Positions 10,442 through 20,129 are shown, counted from the first letter of the stretch. The stretch is 64,000 nucleotides of DNA from a bacterium (GCA_965249485.1 OZ252239.1:2784001-2848000), one strand, 5' to 3'. Made by a program: numbers and translations. Notes: a model not told the origin generated them from the sequence alone.

Positions 10442-11218
10442 ATGGCACTCGAAGTTCTCATAGTCGGCATATCCGGTAAAATGGGCAGAAAAATTTATGA
10501 GCGTATAAAAAGTAGTCCGGATTTGCAATGTGTCGGCGGTTATGACAAAAACAAACCTGCGTTTGACGTTGACGTACCTGTTTCAATTGATATATCGAAG
10601 CTCGTTCATCTCTGTGATGTTGTTGTCGATTTTTCCCTTCCCGATGCAACAATGAATGTCTTGGACTCTTGCAAACAGGCAGATAAAGGAATGGTGATTG
10701 GCACTACCGGGTATTCAAGCGCTCAAATTAAAAAATTAAAAGATTCATCTAAATCTATCCCCATTCTTCATTCACCGAATATGGCTTCTGCGATTGATCT
10801 GCTCGGCTCATTTGCACATTTACTTTCAAGTGTACTACCTGAATCATATGACATTGAAATTATTGAAAAACACAGTAAAACCAAGAAAGATGCGCCAAGC
10901 GGCACTGCTCTAAAACTTGGGTCCGACATAGCAAAAGGAAGAAATCATATTTTGACACGCAAAGCACGATTCGGAAGACACGGCGATTCTCCTCGAAAAA
11001 AAGGTGAAATAACTTTTCATTCAGTTCGTGCAGGCGCACTTATAGCTGAACATGAAATTCTATTTATCGGACAACACGACCAAGTGTCTATATCCCATAC
11101 GGCGTTCGATAGAATGGTTTTTGTTGAAGGGGCATTGCAAGCACTCAAGTTTATTCATTTACAGAAACCAGGCTGGTATTCAATGAGAGATTGTATGGAA
11201 AGTGATCATGGATTATAA
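10442..11218 (+). CDS. dapB: 4-hydroxy-tetrahydrodipicolinate reductase
   Basis: GISGKMG, VDFS, IGTTG, SPNM and EKHSKTKKDAPSGTA motifs. Confidence 0.95.
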   Translation: MALEVLIVGISGKMGRKIYERIKSSPDLQCVGGYDKNKPAFDVDVPVSIDISKLVHLCDVVVDFSLPDATMNVLDSCKQADKGMVIGTTGYSSAQIKKLKDSSKSIPILHSPNMASAIDLLGSFAHLLSSVLPESYDIEIIEKHSKTKKDAPSGTALKLGSDIAKGRNHILTRKARFGRHGDSPRKKGEITFHSVRAGALIAEHEILFIGQHDQVSISHTAFDRMVFVEGALQALKFIHLQKPGWYSMRDCMESDHGL

Positions 11219-11906
11219 TGAAATTGCGCAGCTCATAGGAACTGCAACAAAAAAAACTCCGGTTAAGGTCTATATAAAAGGTAGTATTGCTACAGCAATT
11301 TCCAGTGATGTAATGATATTCCCCGGTGTCGACTCACTCATTGCAATTGGAGATTACTCTTCAATTAAAACGCTGCTTCAGAAAAACAATAAATCAATCG
11401 AATATTTCTACATTGAAAATGACAGACGGAATTCTGCTCTCCCGATGCTTGACTTGAAAAATATTCCTGCTCGGATTGAACCCGGTGCTGTTATCCGTGA
11501 TAAAGTCAAGATAGGTAAGGATTGTATTATTATGATGGGTGCTGTAATCAATATTGGGGCAGAAATAGGTCCTCGTACAATGATAGATATGAATGCTGTT
11601 GTCGGTGCACGGGGTATAATCGGTAAAGACTGCCATGTCGGTGCCGGCGCTGTCATTGCCGGTGTATTAGAACCACCGAGTGCAAAATCGGTTATTATTC
11701 GTGACGGTGTTATGATCGGTGCAAATGCGGTCATTCTTGAAGGTGTGACGGTTGGAAAAAATAGCGTTATTGCCGCAGGCGCTGTAGTTATAAAAGATGT
11801 CAATTCAAACTCGGTTGTCGCTGGTATTCCTGCAAAATTTATAAAAAATCGAGACAAAAGCACCGATAGCAAGACTGCTCTGGTTGAAGTGCTCAGAAAA
11901 CGTTAA
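11208..11906 (+). CDS. dapH: Tetrahydrodipicolinate N-acetyltransferase
   Basis: DapH N-terminal KKTPVKVYIKG, ENDRRNSALPMLD, ARIEPGAVIRD and AGVLEPPSA plus hexapeptide repeats. Confidence 0.93.
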   Translation: MDYNEIAQLIGTATKKTPVKVYIKGSIATAISSDVMIFPGVDSLIAIGDYSSIKTLLQKNNKSIEYFYIENDRRNSALPMLDLKNIPARIEPGAVIRDKVKIGKDCIIMMGAVINIGAEIGPRTMIDMNAVVGARGIIGKDCHVGAGAVIAGVLEPPSAKSVIIRDGVMIGANAVILEGVTVGKNSVIAAGAVVIKDVNSNSVVAGIPAKFIKNRDKSTDSKTALVEVLRKR

Positions 11907-11947
11907 ACTCTAATTTTTATCAATACATACATTATTACTTACTAAAA

Positions 11948-12358
11948 ATGACAAATACATCAGACCGAAAATTCAAAAAGATATTTATGAAGGGGCAGAT
12001 TATATTCAGAGAGGGCTCTCCCGGTAATGAAATGTATATCATTGAGAGCGGACGCGTGAGGATCAGCATAAAATCCGATGATAAAAAATCTATAACACTG
12101 AATACATTCGGACCAAATGAGTTCTTCGGAGAAATGTCACTATTCGATGAAAATAAACGAACTGCCTCTGCCATTGCACTTGAAAACACATCTGTAATTG
12201 TCATAACTGGTGAAATAATGGACAATCAGCTTGACGGACTCCCATCATGGTTTGTTACAATGTTCAAAGCGTTGATAGAGCGTCTTCGCTCCACAAATCT
12301 TAAACTCCTGCCAGGAGCAGCCGGAATTGATGATGAGGAAGATGATCTCGTAGAGTAA
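11948..12358 (+). CDS. Stand-alone cyclic nucleotide-binding domain protein
   Basis: IFREGSPGNEMYIIESGRV...FFGEMSLFDENKRTASA; no HTH domain. Confidence 0.88.
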   Translation: MTNTSDRKFKKIFMKGQIIFREGSPGNEMYIIESGRVRISIKSDDKKSITLNTFGPNEFFGEMSLFDENKRTASAIALENTSVIVITGEIMDNQLDGLPSWFVTMFKALIERLRSTNLKLLPGAAGIDDEEDDLVE

Positions 12359-12474
12359 TGCAGTAATTTATTTTTGAATTAATATATTGAAATGAATGCG
12401 GAAAATTACAGTCAGAAAGGAATTTGCAAAGCAGATTATTTTATATATCTCAATTAAATATTTAAATATTATTC

Positions 12475-13503
12475 TTATGCTATAATCTCTTCTTCTTCAC
12501 CACGACCAGAAATGACGATTTCACCGTCTTCTTCAAGTGACCGAACAATATCAACTATCTTCATCTGAGCTTCTTCAACATCCTTCAAACGGACCGGACC
12601 CATAAATTCAAGTTCTTCTTTAATAAGATTAGCAGCCCGCTCAGACATATTTCTAAATATTGACTCCTTTAATTCGTCATTCGCAACTTTCAGTGAAATG
12701 CTGAGATCTTTTGTGTCGATTTCTCTCATGACCCGTTGAACTGAACGATCATCGAGCAGAATTAAGTCATCAAAGGTGAACATCAGATTTTTGATCTCAG
12801 TAGCAAGCTCCGGATTTCTTTTTTCAAGATCGGCAAGAATAGTCTTTTCAGCAGTTCTACTCGCCAAATTTAATACTTCCGCAACAGCTTCTGCTCCACC
12901 AGCCGTACTGAGGTCCTGTCCAAAAACAGTTTCAACTTGAGTTTCAAGCACACTTTCAATATCATTGAGCAATTCGGGAGAAATCTTTCCCATTGATGCT
13001 ATTCGGTAGGCGACATCTGCTTGAAGTTCAGGTGGTAAATCGGCTATAATGGTAGCAACCTGTTTGGCTTCAAGATTCGCTAATATCAGCGAAATTGTTT
13101 GGGGATGTTCGTGCTGAATAAAGTTTAACAACTGGTTCGGATCGACGTCTTTCAGGAGCGTGAAACCGCTAACGTTGATTGCCGATTCTACTTTCGAGAT
13201 AACCTCATGTGCTTTTCTCGGACCAACGGCTTTTTCGAGGACACCTTTTGCATAGTCAATACCGCCTTGAGAGATATACTCCTGAGCCATGATCATCTGG
13301 TAGAATTCCTCGATAACTGCTTCCATTATTGTCGAAGGGATATCTTTCATGTTTGCAATTTCTACAGCAAGCCTTTCAACATCTTTATCTTTAAGATGTT
13401 TAAATATTTGTGACGCGGCTTCTGTACCGATTGCGATAACCAGAATTGATGTTTTTTGGCGCCCTGTTAAGTTCTCTATAGTTAATGGTTCGGCTTCTTG
13501 CAC
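12475..13503 (-). CDS. fliG: Flagellar motor switch protein FliG
   Basis: GGIDYAK, EHPQTISLIL, GGAEAVAEVLN, MFTFDDL and FRNMSERAA...GPVRLKDVEEAQ; GTG start. Confidence 0.96.
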   Translation of the reverse strand: MQEAEPLTIENLTGRQKTSILVIAIGTEAASQIFKHLKDKDVERLAVEIANMKDIPSTIMEAVIEEFYQMIMAQEYISQGGIDYAKGVLEKAVGPRKAHEVISKVESAINVSGFTLLKDVDPNQLLNFIQHEHPQTISLILANLEAKQVATIIADLPPELQADVAYRIASMGKISPELLNDIESVLETQVETVFGQDLSTAGGAEAVAEVLNLASRTAEKTILADLEKRNPELATEIKNLMFTFDDLILLDDRSVQRVMREIDTKDLSISLKVANDELKESIFRNMSERAANLIKEELEFMGPVRLKDVEEAQMKIVDIVRSLEEDGEIVISGRGEEEEIIA

Positions 13504-13617
13504 GTTGTTTTTCCTAAATGTATCGTACCAAAAAAGTACGATAAAACTGTCTCCATTTATAAAATGTGACGATAATAATATGACACAATACTAGTTACAA
13601 TACTATGCTCCAGTATA

Positions 13618-13644
13618 CAATCGACAGATTTGGCAGATTATTTA
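13618..13644 (-). promoter_or_regulatory. Sigma-28 (FliA)-type promoter upstream of fliG
   Basis: Minus strand reads TAAA-N15-GTCGATTG, with exact consensus spacing, about 115 nt upstream of the start codon. Confidence 0.55.
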
Positions 13645-13867
13645 CCTATTATTTTATACTTTATTGAAAATAACTGATCACATTTTTGGTTCAGAATGCT
13701 TACAGGTCTAATTATCCATAATCACCTATCTATTACTCAAATATTTTTATAATGTCAATAAAATTCAAACAATTAATCTGGTATTGTTTTTGTAGAATAT
13801 CTTAATATTTTAGAGGTTAAACATTTTCATAATGTTCCTCTCGCTAATTCAAATGCTATTCACCTAT

Positions 13868-15142
13868 CTAATTAATATCAATCCGACGGTCTGAAAATTG
13901 GAGAAATTCTATGTTTTGCAGGGTATCGTTTCCTTCTCGGTTAGGAATATTATCCGTAACACGCACATATTGGTTAGTGTCATCAATTGAATACTCACTG
14001 AAACTCCCGCTATATACCGCTGTGTCATCGCCACTACGGCCGTCAAGCTCATCGTCACCACCTCCACTATTGAGTATGTTATTCCCGTCATTTCCGGTTA
14101 AAATATTATTGTATTCATTTCCTGTCAAGTTGGCATTCTTGCTGCCGCGAAGTGTTGCATTTCTGAGATGTTGTGATTTATGGGTATAGACAAGCGATTC
14201 ATCAAATCGTATTGAGAAAGTCCCTTCAAAATCGATCGGCAGAAGTGGTGTATAGATAATATACGGGTGAAAAAATTTTTCAACCAGCTCATATCCAACC
14301 GGATCGAGCTCCAGTAATCGTGTACGGGTATTGGAAGGATTCTGCCCCCAGTGTGCTGTTCCTTCAGGCATTTGTCCCGGCTCAATCTTTCTTCCCTCCC
14401 ATACTTTAGGCAGAATATTCCATAAATCAAGGTAAACGTCGAATTGTTGGGCAATATACTCAAAATGCCAACCCGGCGGATCGTCGTTTGGTGGTCCCCA
14501 TCCTCTCGCTACCGCTGCATCTTTCGCTTCTATAATTTCTTCATTATACTTTGGCAAAGCTGGGATGATGCCTGAACCCTGAACCAAATGCAATACTTCT
14601 TCATAGGCTGCATCACGGGTAATATGATTCATATAATCATCACTACCTTCAGCAGTTGTCTCATTTTCCCATAGGCTTTGCGTGAAGAGGTCAGTACCAT
14701 CTCCAAATGGACCTTCTCTCGCTTCTTGTGCGGATCCTGATGTATTGAACAGTGTCATTGTTGCTTTGTTGTCCGACATAGTGTTAGCAACGATCAACTT
14801 ATTACTGCCGTATTCTGAGCCGGGAAAATCGGTTAGAATAAATTCCATAATATTCCGAGCTTTCAGTATCTTATCATCGCTCCACGCATCTTGAGCAATG
14901 AAATGAATCGGTTTACCATTCGGTGCAATGATTTTTGTATATTTCGAAAATAAATCAGTAAATAGTGATGGCGTATTTTCCGGAAATGGAACAATACCAT
15001 TTGGAGATCCTGAAATATTTATGTCGGGCAGTGTATTACCGGGTAGGCGATTCGTTTGCAAAATAACATTCTCATGTTTTTCTGTACATGAAAGAGTATA
15101 TAACAAAATTAACGGAAGTAGCATAAATACTTTTATTTTCAT
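13868..15142 (-). CDS. Putative lipoprotein with a zincin-like motif and C-terminal RTX/hemolysin-type Ca-binding repeats
   Basis: Signal peptide with lipobox-like TLSC; YEEVLHLVQ; GNEYNNILTGNDGNNILNSGGGDDELDGRSGDD; C-terminal DTLQNIEFLQFSD. Confidence 0.65.
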   Translation of the reverse strand: MKIKVFMLLPLILLYTLSCTEKHENVILQTNRLPGNTLPDINISGSPNGIVPFPENTPSLFTDLFSKYTKIIAPNGKPIHFIAQDAWSDDKILKARNIMEFILTDFPGSEYGSNKLIVANTMSDNKATMTLFNTSGSAQEAREGPFGDGTDLFTQSLWENETTAEGSDDYMNHITRDAAYEEVLHLVQGSGIIPALPKYNEEIIEAKDAAVARGWGPPNDDPPGWHFEYIAQQFDVYLDLWNILPKVWEGRKIEPGQMPEGTAHWGQNPSNTRTRLLELDPVGYELVEKFFHPYIIYTPLLPIDFEGTFSIRFDESLVYTHKSQHLRNATLRGSKNANLTGNEYNNILTGNDGNNILNSGGGDDELDGRSGDDTAVYSGSFSEYSIDDTNQYVRVTDNIPNREGNDTLQNIEFLQFSDRRIDIN

Positions 15143-15265
15143 GACATCTCCTCACTTTTGGAACTCTGCTTGATAAACAAGAAAATGAATAGTTTGATAT
15201 AATTCAATATAGCTATATAACTCTAATATCTGAAACGGTTAGATATATAGTAATATTAACTATGC

Positions 15266-15652
15266 TCAACTTATTTCTGAGCAAATTCTGTCATCTGCAC
15301 CGCGCAGTCTTTTGCTGAAAGCCCGAAGCATTTCCTGTATAACCGGGCTCGATTCAGCAAGTTCATGTTCAAACATTTCTTTTTCAAAAAAAATGCACTC
15401 TACGTCGGTAAGTGCAGTAACACTAGCTGAATGGGGTTTGTGGTCGATGAGAGTCATTTCTCCAAAAAAGGCGCCTTTGCCGAGTGTGGCAAGTTTAACA
15501 TCTGAATTCTCATTTTTGATCGAGACTTCAACTTCGCCCTCTATAATTTTATAAGCTCCTGTATCATATTCACCTTCACGAATAATGACATCTCCTACAT
15601 CAAAAGATTTTTCAACTAAATTTGGAATTTCATAATCCCCTGATTTTTGCAT
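15266..15652 (-). CDS. Stand-alone cyclic nucleotide-binding domain protein
   Basis: IIREGE...IIEGEVEV...FFGEMTLIDHKPHSASV; His replaces the usual phosphate-binding Arg. Confidence 0.87.
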   Translation of the reverse strand: MQKSGDYEIPNLVEKSFDVGDVIIREGEYDTGAYKIIEGEVEVSIKNENSDVKLATLGKGAFFGEMTLIDHKPHSASVTALTDVECIFFEKEMFEHELAESSPVIQEMLRAFSKRLRGADDRICSEIS

Positions 15653-16069
15653 ATTATCTCCAAAATATAAGGCTATTATTTTATTTCTGTAAATTGATTT
15701 ATAATTACTATTGACCTACTGACGTATTCTCATAAGCTAAATTTATCATGCCACATCAGTACATTTCATCTCAACTTACAAGATTCAATTACAGTATGTA
15801 AATTTCTTATACCCCAAATTGGATTCAAGTTTACATGACTAAAATTTAGACATAATTAAAATTTTTATCTACCTTATTTAACATCTGATAAAACAAATAT
15901 CGACAGGATTTCTTCTCAAAAAGTAGGTTTATTAAAGATATTGAAAAATCAGTAAAGCATTGCTCTCACGATAAATAATACTACTCAATAGTAATATAAT
16001 TCAAATATTTTACAATTAAAAAGACTAAATTTATACTCACTCGATTTACTATTGACAGTGAGACTATTT

Positions 16070-16488
16070 CTAAATACCGTCCTTGACACCTTTTTTTCTA
16101 AGATAGGCTGCTAGTGCAGCATCAATAACTGAAACATGTTCACCAAAGTATGCCCACAGTTCATACTGAAGTGACTTTGCCGCTTCTATTGAGTATGAGT
16201 TCTGCGAAAAATAGTTTTCAACTCTTTTATGATTTTCAGAGATTTAGCATGTTCCTTTTTATGAAAGGTATATTCCGGGTAATTATACTTCAGCATAAAC
16301 TCTTCTTCTTTTTTGAAATGTGATACAGTGTAACCTTCAAGATATTCTAACACTTTTCTCACTTCCAGACCCGGCCTGCCTTGATCAATTGCTTTTGACA
16401 GGTTATTGATGTTCTGTATTAACCGCTTATGCTGGTTATCAATTATATGTGAGCCGGTTGAAAATCTGTCTTCCCACTTCACTTCCAT
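16070..16488 (-). pseudogene. Bacteriohemerythrin interrupted by a frameshift (pseudogene or sequencing error)
   Basis: W...TG..IIDNQH, HFKKEE and HKKEH lie in one frame. The last helix (ELWAYFGEHVSVIDAALAAYL, stop 16070-16072) is in another frame; the shift is at the A5 run 16207-16211. Confidence 0.85.
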
Positions 16489-16765
16489 TGCCAACCTCAT
16501 TAATTACGTCGTACTTCAGGAACTCAAGAAGAACATGATCTTGCACGTTATCGTTATCCGTAAAGACAAATATCTAATTCACTATATCTCCGCTATCATG
16601 CATATTGTCATGAAGTAAGTTCGCCTCAAACATTTAAATTACAAATATTTATATATTTTGCAAGGATGTTTTAAGTAAAAATGATTTAATTAATTAATAA
16701 CAATCGATACCAGGTAGAAAGCGAATAATCGGTTGTAACTGCGATTAATATTTTAAACTTGTAAG

Positions 16766-16838
16766 AGCGGGCAACGGGACTCGAACCCGCGACCCCCAGC
16801 TTGGGAAGCTGGTGCTCTACCAACTGAGCTATGCCCGC
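16766..16838 (-). tRNA. tRNA-Gly (CCC)
   Basis: GCGGGCATAGCTCAGTTGGTAGAGCACCAGCTTCCCAAGCTGGGGGTCGCGGGTTCGAGTCCCGTTGCCCGCT folds as a cloverleaf; CCA is not encoded. Confidence 0.97.
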
Positions 16839-16944
16839 ACATTTTGTGATTTTTTACAATACAACATTCGACTCACTGTATCGATAAACTATTGAACATA
16901 ATATATTTATTTCGCCTATAATATCAATTCTTTTTAATATAAAA

Positions 16945-17523
16945 TCAAAGAAACCAAAATAGTTTTTTTACCAGTCCAGTTGCTTTTTTTGGTAGCCATG
17001 TAACTGCAGCAATAGACTTACCAATAAGTCCTCTCGGCTGTGCCGGCTCTGAAACTACACTTCTTTGCTGTAACGTCTGATTCAGTTCATCTCTATACTC
17101 TTGAATTCCCGAATATAATAAAAAATCCCGGCAGTTGTTCTGATCCCAAATTCAGTGTCCTGAGCGCGCTAGGAATATCGTCTAACCGCGCCTGGCACTC
17201 CGCCAGCCGCACATAAACACGTGCGTCATAGGGATTTTTTGATCCATAGCGTCAAAAAAGAGTATAATTGCTGTATCGTAATCTTTTAAGAAATAGTAGT
17301 CGTTCAAGCTTTTCAGATATATCGAATAACTCCTTTTGGCAGCATCATTCCATTCAAATTCAGGAAAAGACTCAGCTATAACAGGCAGGACATACTCTCT
17401 GTTAAAAATCGAATTTCTTGAATTCGATTTATTCATCATCCAAAAACACGAGTTGATTTGAAAGCAAAATGTAAATAGAATCACGAATAAAAAAAACTGT
17501 TTTACTGCAGTAAATTTTCTCAT
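16945..17523 (-). pseudogene. Putative TPR lipoprotein split by two homopolymer frameshifts
   Basis: Signal peptide ending INSC. The TPR-like segment NPYDARVYVRLAECQARLDDIPSALRTL is out of frame between the T6 run (17235-17240) and the A6 run (17120-17125). The original frame then resumes to ...KKLFWFL* at 16945. Confidence 0.6.
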
Positions 17524-17659
17524 ACAATTTGGTAGCATTCTTGAACTAACGGCTTATAAGTAACTAATTTATAGTCGTCAGTCTGATAGCATTTCTTTCT
17601 TTTTTGTAAGGTTTAATAGAACATTGTTAATTCAACAGAAATGGTCAACTTGAGTCAAT

Positions 17660-19576
17660 TTACGGATCAACCCAGTTTCCATCTTCCTGTATAAGTTCAA
17701 TAAGTGCATCGACGGCCTGCTCTGTCGGAATATTCTTTTTAATTACCTCTTGACCGCGGTATAATGTGATTTTTCCTACTCCGGAGCCGACATACCCATA
17801 GTCTGCATCTGCCATTTCACCCGGACCATTAACGATACAACCCATAATGCCGATTTTTAAACCTTTCAGGTGATCGGTACGAGTACGTATTTTCGCACTT
17901 GTTATTTGAAGATCAAATAGGGTCCTACCACATGAAGGACAAGAGATATAGTCTGTTTTGGAGATGCGTGTTCTGCTGGCTTGGAGAATTCCGAATACAG
18001 TACGGACAGTAAGCTCGCTACTCGGATTCAACCATACACCATTTCCGAATCCGTCAATGAGAAGTCCTCCTATATCAATAGCGCTCAATAGTTGAAATTC
18101 TTCATCATCAGTAATGACATACGTTTTTTGCAGAACAACTGGAAGCAATATTTCATTATTTATAAATTCATAATACACTTTACGGTAATCATGTAAAGTA
18201 TTATTACTATTCCCTTTAAGGACAATTACCGCGTTAGTGACAGAGGAAAGCTTATCAGAATCAAATTCATCTAGCGGAATTTCAATAAAATACAATTTTC
18301 CTTTAGGAAATTGCGATGCATCATACTGATTCCAATGTATAATCGGAAATGATAACGTGTTATTTCTAAGAGATTCCCAGTATTCAAAATCATAAATGAA
18401 TTGCAACGCAGGTGTAATATTAATGCTGGGTTCTCGGTTTCCCAGATATACAAAATCTGCCGCTGCATCAGCAATTTTCCACTTGTCGGTTGCAGTGTCA
18501 TAGGAATATCCAATAGCTGCAAGATTCGTGTAATCCAATACCTCATTGTGAAAATCTGCTATTACCTGCGGTGGATGATTACTGCCAAATGGGGTAATTT
18601 CATTACTTGTTTTGCGAATATATTCAAATGGATTGACAGGGCTGTCATATTCAATAAAACCGGCTGAATCAGGTTCTCTATTTGTATAGCGGTTTACAAT
18701 TTTCAATGCTACTGGAGATTCAACTTCCGGTGGTTCCGTCAAGGAAACTCTTACTGTATCTCCAAGTCCGTCTTCAAGAAGTGTACCAATACCCATTGCG
18801 GATTTAATTCTCCCGTCTTCACCCTCACCTGCTTCCGTTACTCCGAGATGCAGTGGATAATTCATGTTTTCCATGTCCATTCTATGGACAAGCAGACGAT
18901 AGGCTTGTACCATAATAAGCGGATTACTTGCTTTCATAGAGAGGACTATATCGAAATAGCGGTTATCCTCACAGATTCTGATAAACTCCATTGCCGATTC
19001 AACCATACCGAGCGGGGTATCGCCGTATCTATTCATAATTCTATCAGACAGTGAACCGTGATTTGTCCCGATACGCATTGCTGTTCCGTATTCTTTACAA
19101 ATTTCTATTAGGGGAGTAAACCGATCATGAATTCGCTCAAGTTCTTCGTTATACTGAGAATCAGTATATTCGGTAACACTGAATTTCTTGCGATCTGCAT
19201 AATTCCCCGGATTGATCCGTACTTTTTCCACAATCCGGGCTGCAACTTCCGCTGCGTTTGGTGTGAAATGAATATCTGCAATAAGTGGATGATTATACCC
19301 TTTATCGCGGAGCTTTTTCTTGATAACAGCTAGATTTTCCGCTTCTCTTATACTCGGAGCAGTTATACGAACATAGTCGCTCCCTGAATCAATTATTCGT
19401 ATCGATTCCGCAACCGTTTCATCAGTATCCATTGTTGGTGTCACAGTCATAGACTGAATACGTATCGGATGCACACCGCCTAATGGAGTATTGCCAATGG
19501 CTACTTCTCTGCTTTCTCGACGTCGGTACGAAAGTAGGCTGTCACAATATTTATATTTACTTTGTACTAATTCCAT
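17660..19576 (-). CDS. ispG: (E)-4-hydroxy-3-methylbut-2-enyl-diphosphate synthase, long three-domain form
   Basis: IRIQSM, ADIHF, RINPGN, RIGTNHGSLS, LHLGVTEAG, CPSCGR and IMGCIVNGPGE; 638 aa with a central insertion domain. Confidence 0.97.
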   Translation of the reverse strand: MELVQSKYKYCDSLLSYRRRESREVAIGNTPLGGVHPIRIQSMTVTPTMDTDETVAESIRIIDSGSDYVRITAPSIREAENLAVIKKKLRDKGYNHPLIADIHFTPNAAEVAARIVEKVRINPGNYADRKKFSVTEYTDSQYNEELERIHDRFTPLIEICKEYGTAMRIGTNHGSLSDRIMNRYGDTPLGMVESAMEFIRICEDNRYFDIVLSMKASNPLIMVQAYRLLVHRMDMENMNYPLHLGVTEAGEGEDGRIKSAMGIGTLLEDGLGDTVRVSLTEPPEVESPVALKIVNRYTNREPDSAGFIEYDSPVNPFEYIRKTSNEITPFGSNHPPQVIADFHNEVLDYTNLAAIGYSYDTATDKWKIADAAADFVYLGNREPSINITPALQFIYDFEYWESLRNNTLSFPIIHWNQYDASQFPKGKLYFIEIPLDEFDSDKLSSVTNAVIVLKGNSNNTLHDYRKVYYEFINNEILLPVVLQKTYVITDDEEFQLLSAIDIGGLLIDGFGNGVWLNPSSELTVRTVFGILQASRTRISKTDYISCPSCGRTLFDLQITSAKIRTRTDHLKGLKIGIMGCIVNGPGEMADADYGYVGSGVGKITLYRGQEVIKKNIPTEQAVDALIELIQEDGNWVDP

Positions 19577-19604
19577 ATATCATAATTTTTACGTTATTTT
19601 TGAA

Positions 19605-20129
19605 TTACTTTTTGAATACAGTCCTATAGTATCCGAACAAAGAAAGAAATAATAATAGTAATGAAAAATACAAGACATAGAGCTTGATACTTTCGATATT
19701 AATCATGTATGAGAGTATCAAAAGGGCATAAATCGAAACAGTTATTTTGCCAAGCAAATTAGAAGACGGAACATAATCCATTGTTTTCATAACATATATT
19801 CCGAATAGTAAAATAATCACATCTCTGAGCAGTATCAACATCAATGCCCAGAGAGGAAAATCTCTGAAGAGAACAAGCGCCAATAAAACACCAGCAACAG
19901 CAATTTTATCCGCCAGAGGATCAATAATTTTACCTAGTTCGGTAACTTGATTGAACTTTCGTGCATAAAGTCCATCGAAATAATCGGTAAGAATTGCAAT
20001 AATCGTTAAAACAATTGCATACAGTGTACCATCATCAAGAGACAGATAATACATTACAACCGGCACTAACAGTATCCTGATAACGCTGAGTAAATTAGAA
20101 ATGAGAAACAAATCTTTAATCATTAGCAT
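19605..20129 (-). CDS. pgsA: CDP-alcohol phosphatidyltransferase (PgsA-like)
   Basis: SNLLSVIR and TDYFDGLYARKFNQVTELGKIIDPLADK (family signature); start approximate. Confidence 0.85.
   Translation of the reverse strand: MLMIKDLFLISNLLSVIRILLVPVVMYYLSLDDGTLYAIVLTIIAILTDYFDGLYARKFNQVTELGKIIDPLADKIAVAGVLLALVLFRDFPLWALMLILLRDVIILLFGIYVMKTMDYVPSSNLLGKITVSIYALLILSYMINIESIKLYVLYFSLLLLFLSLFGYYRTVFKK

Noticed and set aside
15897..15923. Sigma-28-like -10 (GTCGATAT) upstream of the second cNMP gene
   Set aside because: No TAAA -35 at the correct spacing.
11948..16488. Magnetosome-island signature (hemerythrin, signalling genes)
   Set aside because: No mam/mad genes in the window, and hemerythrins are widespread.
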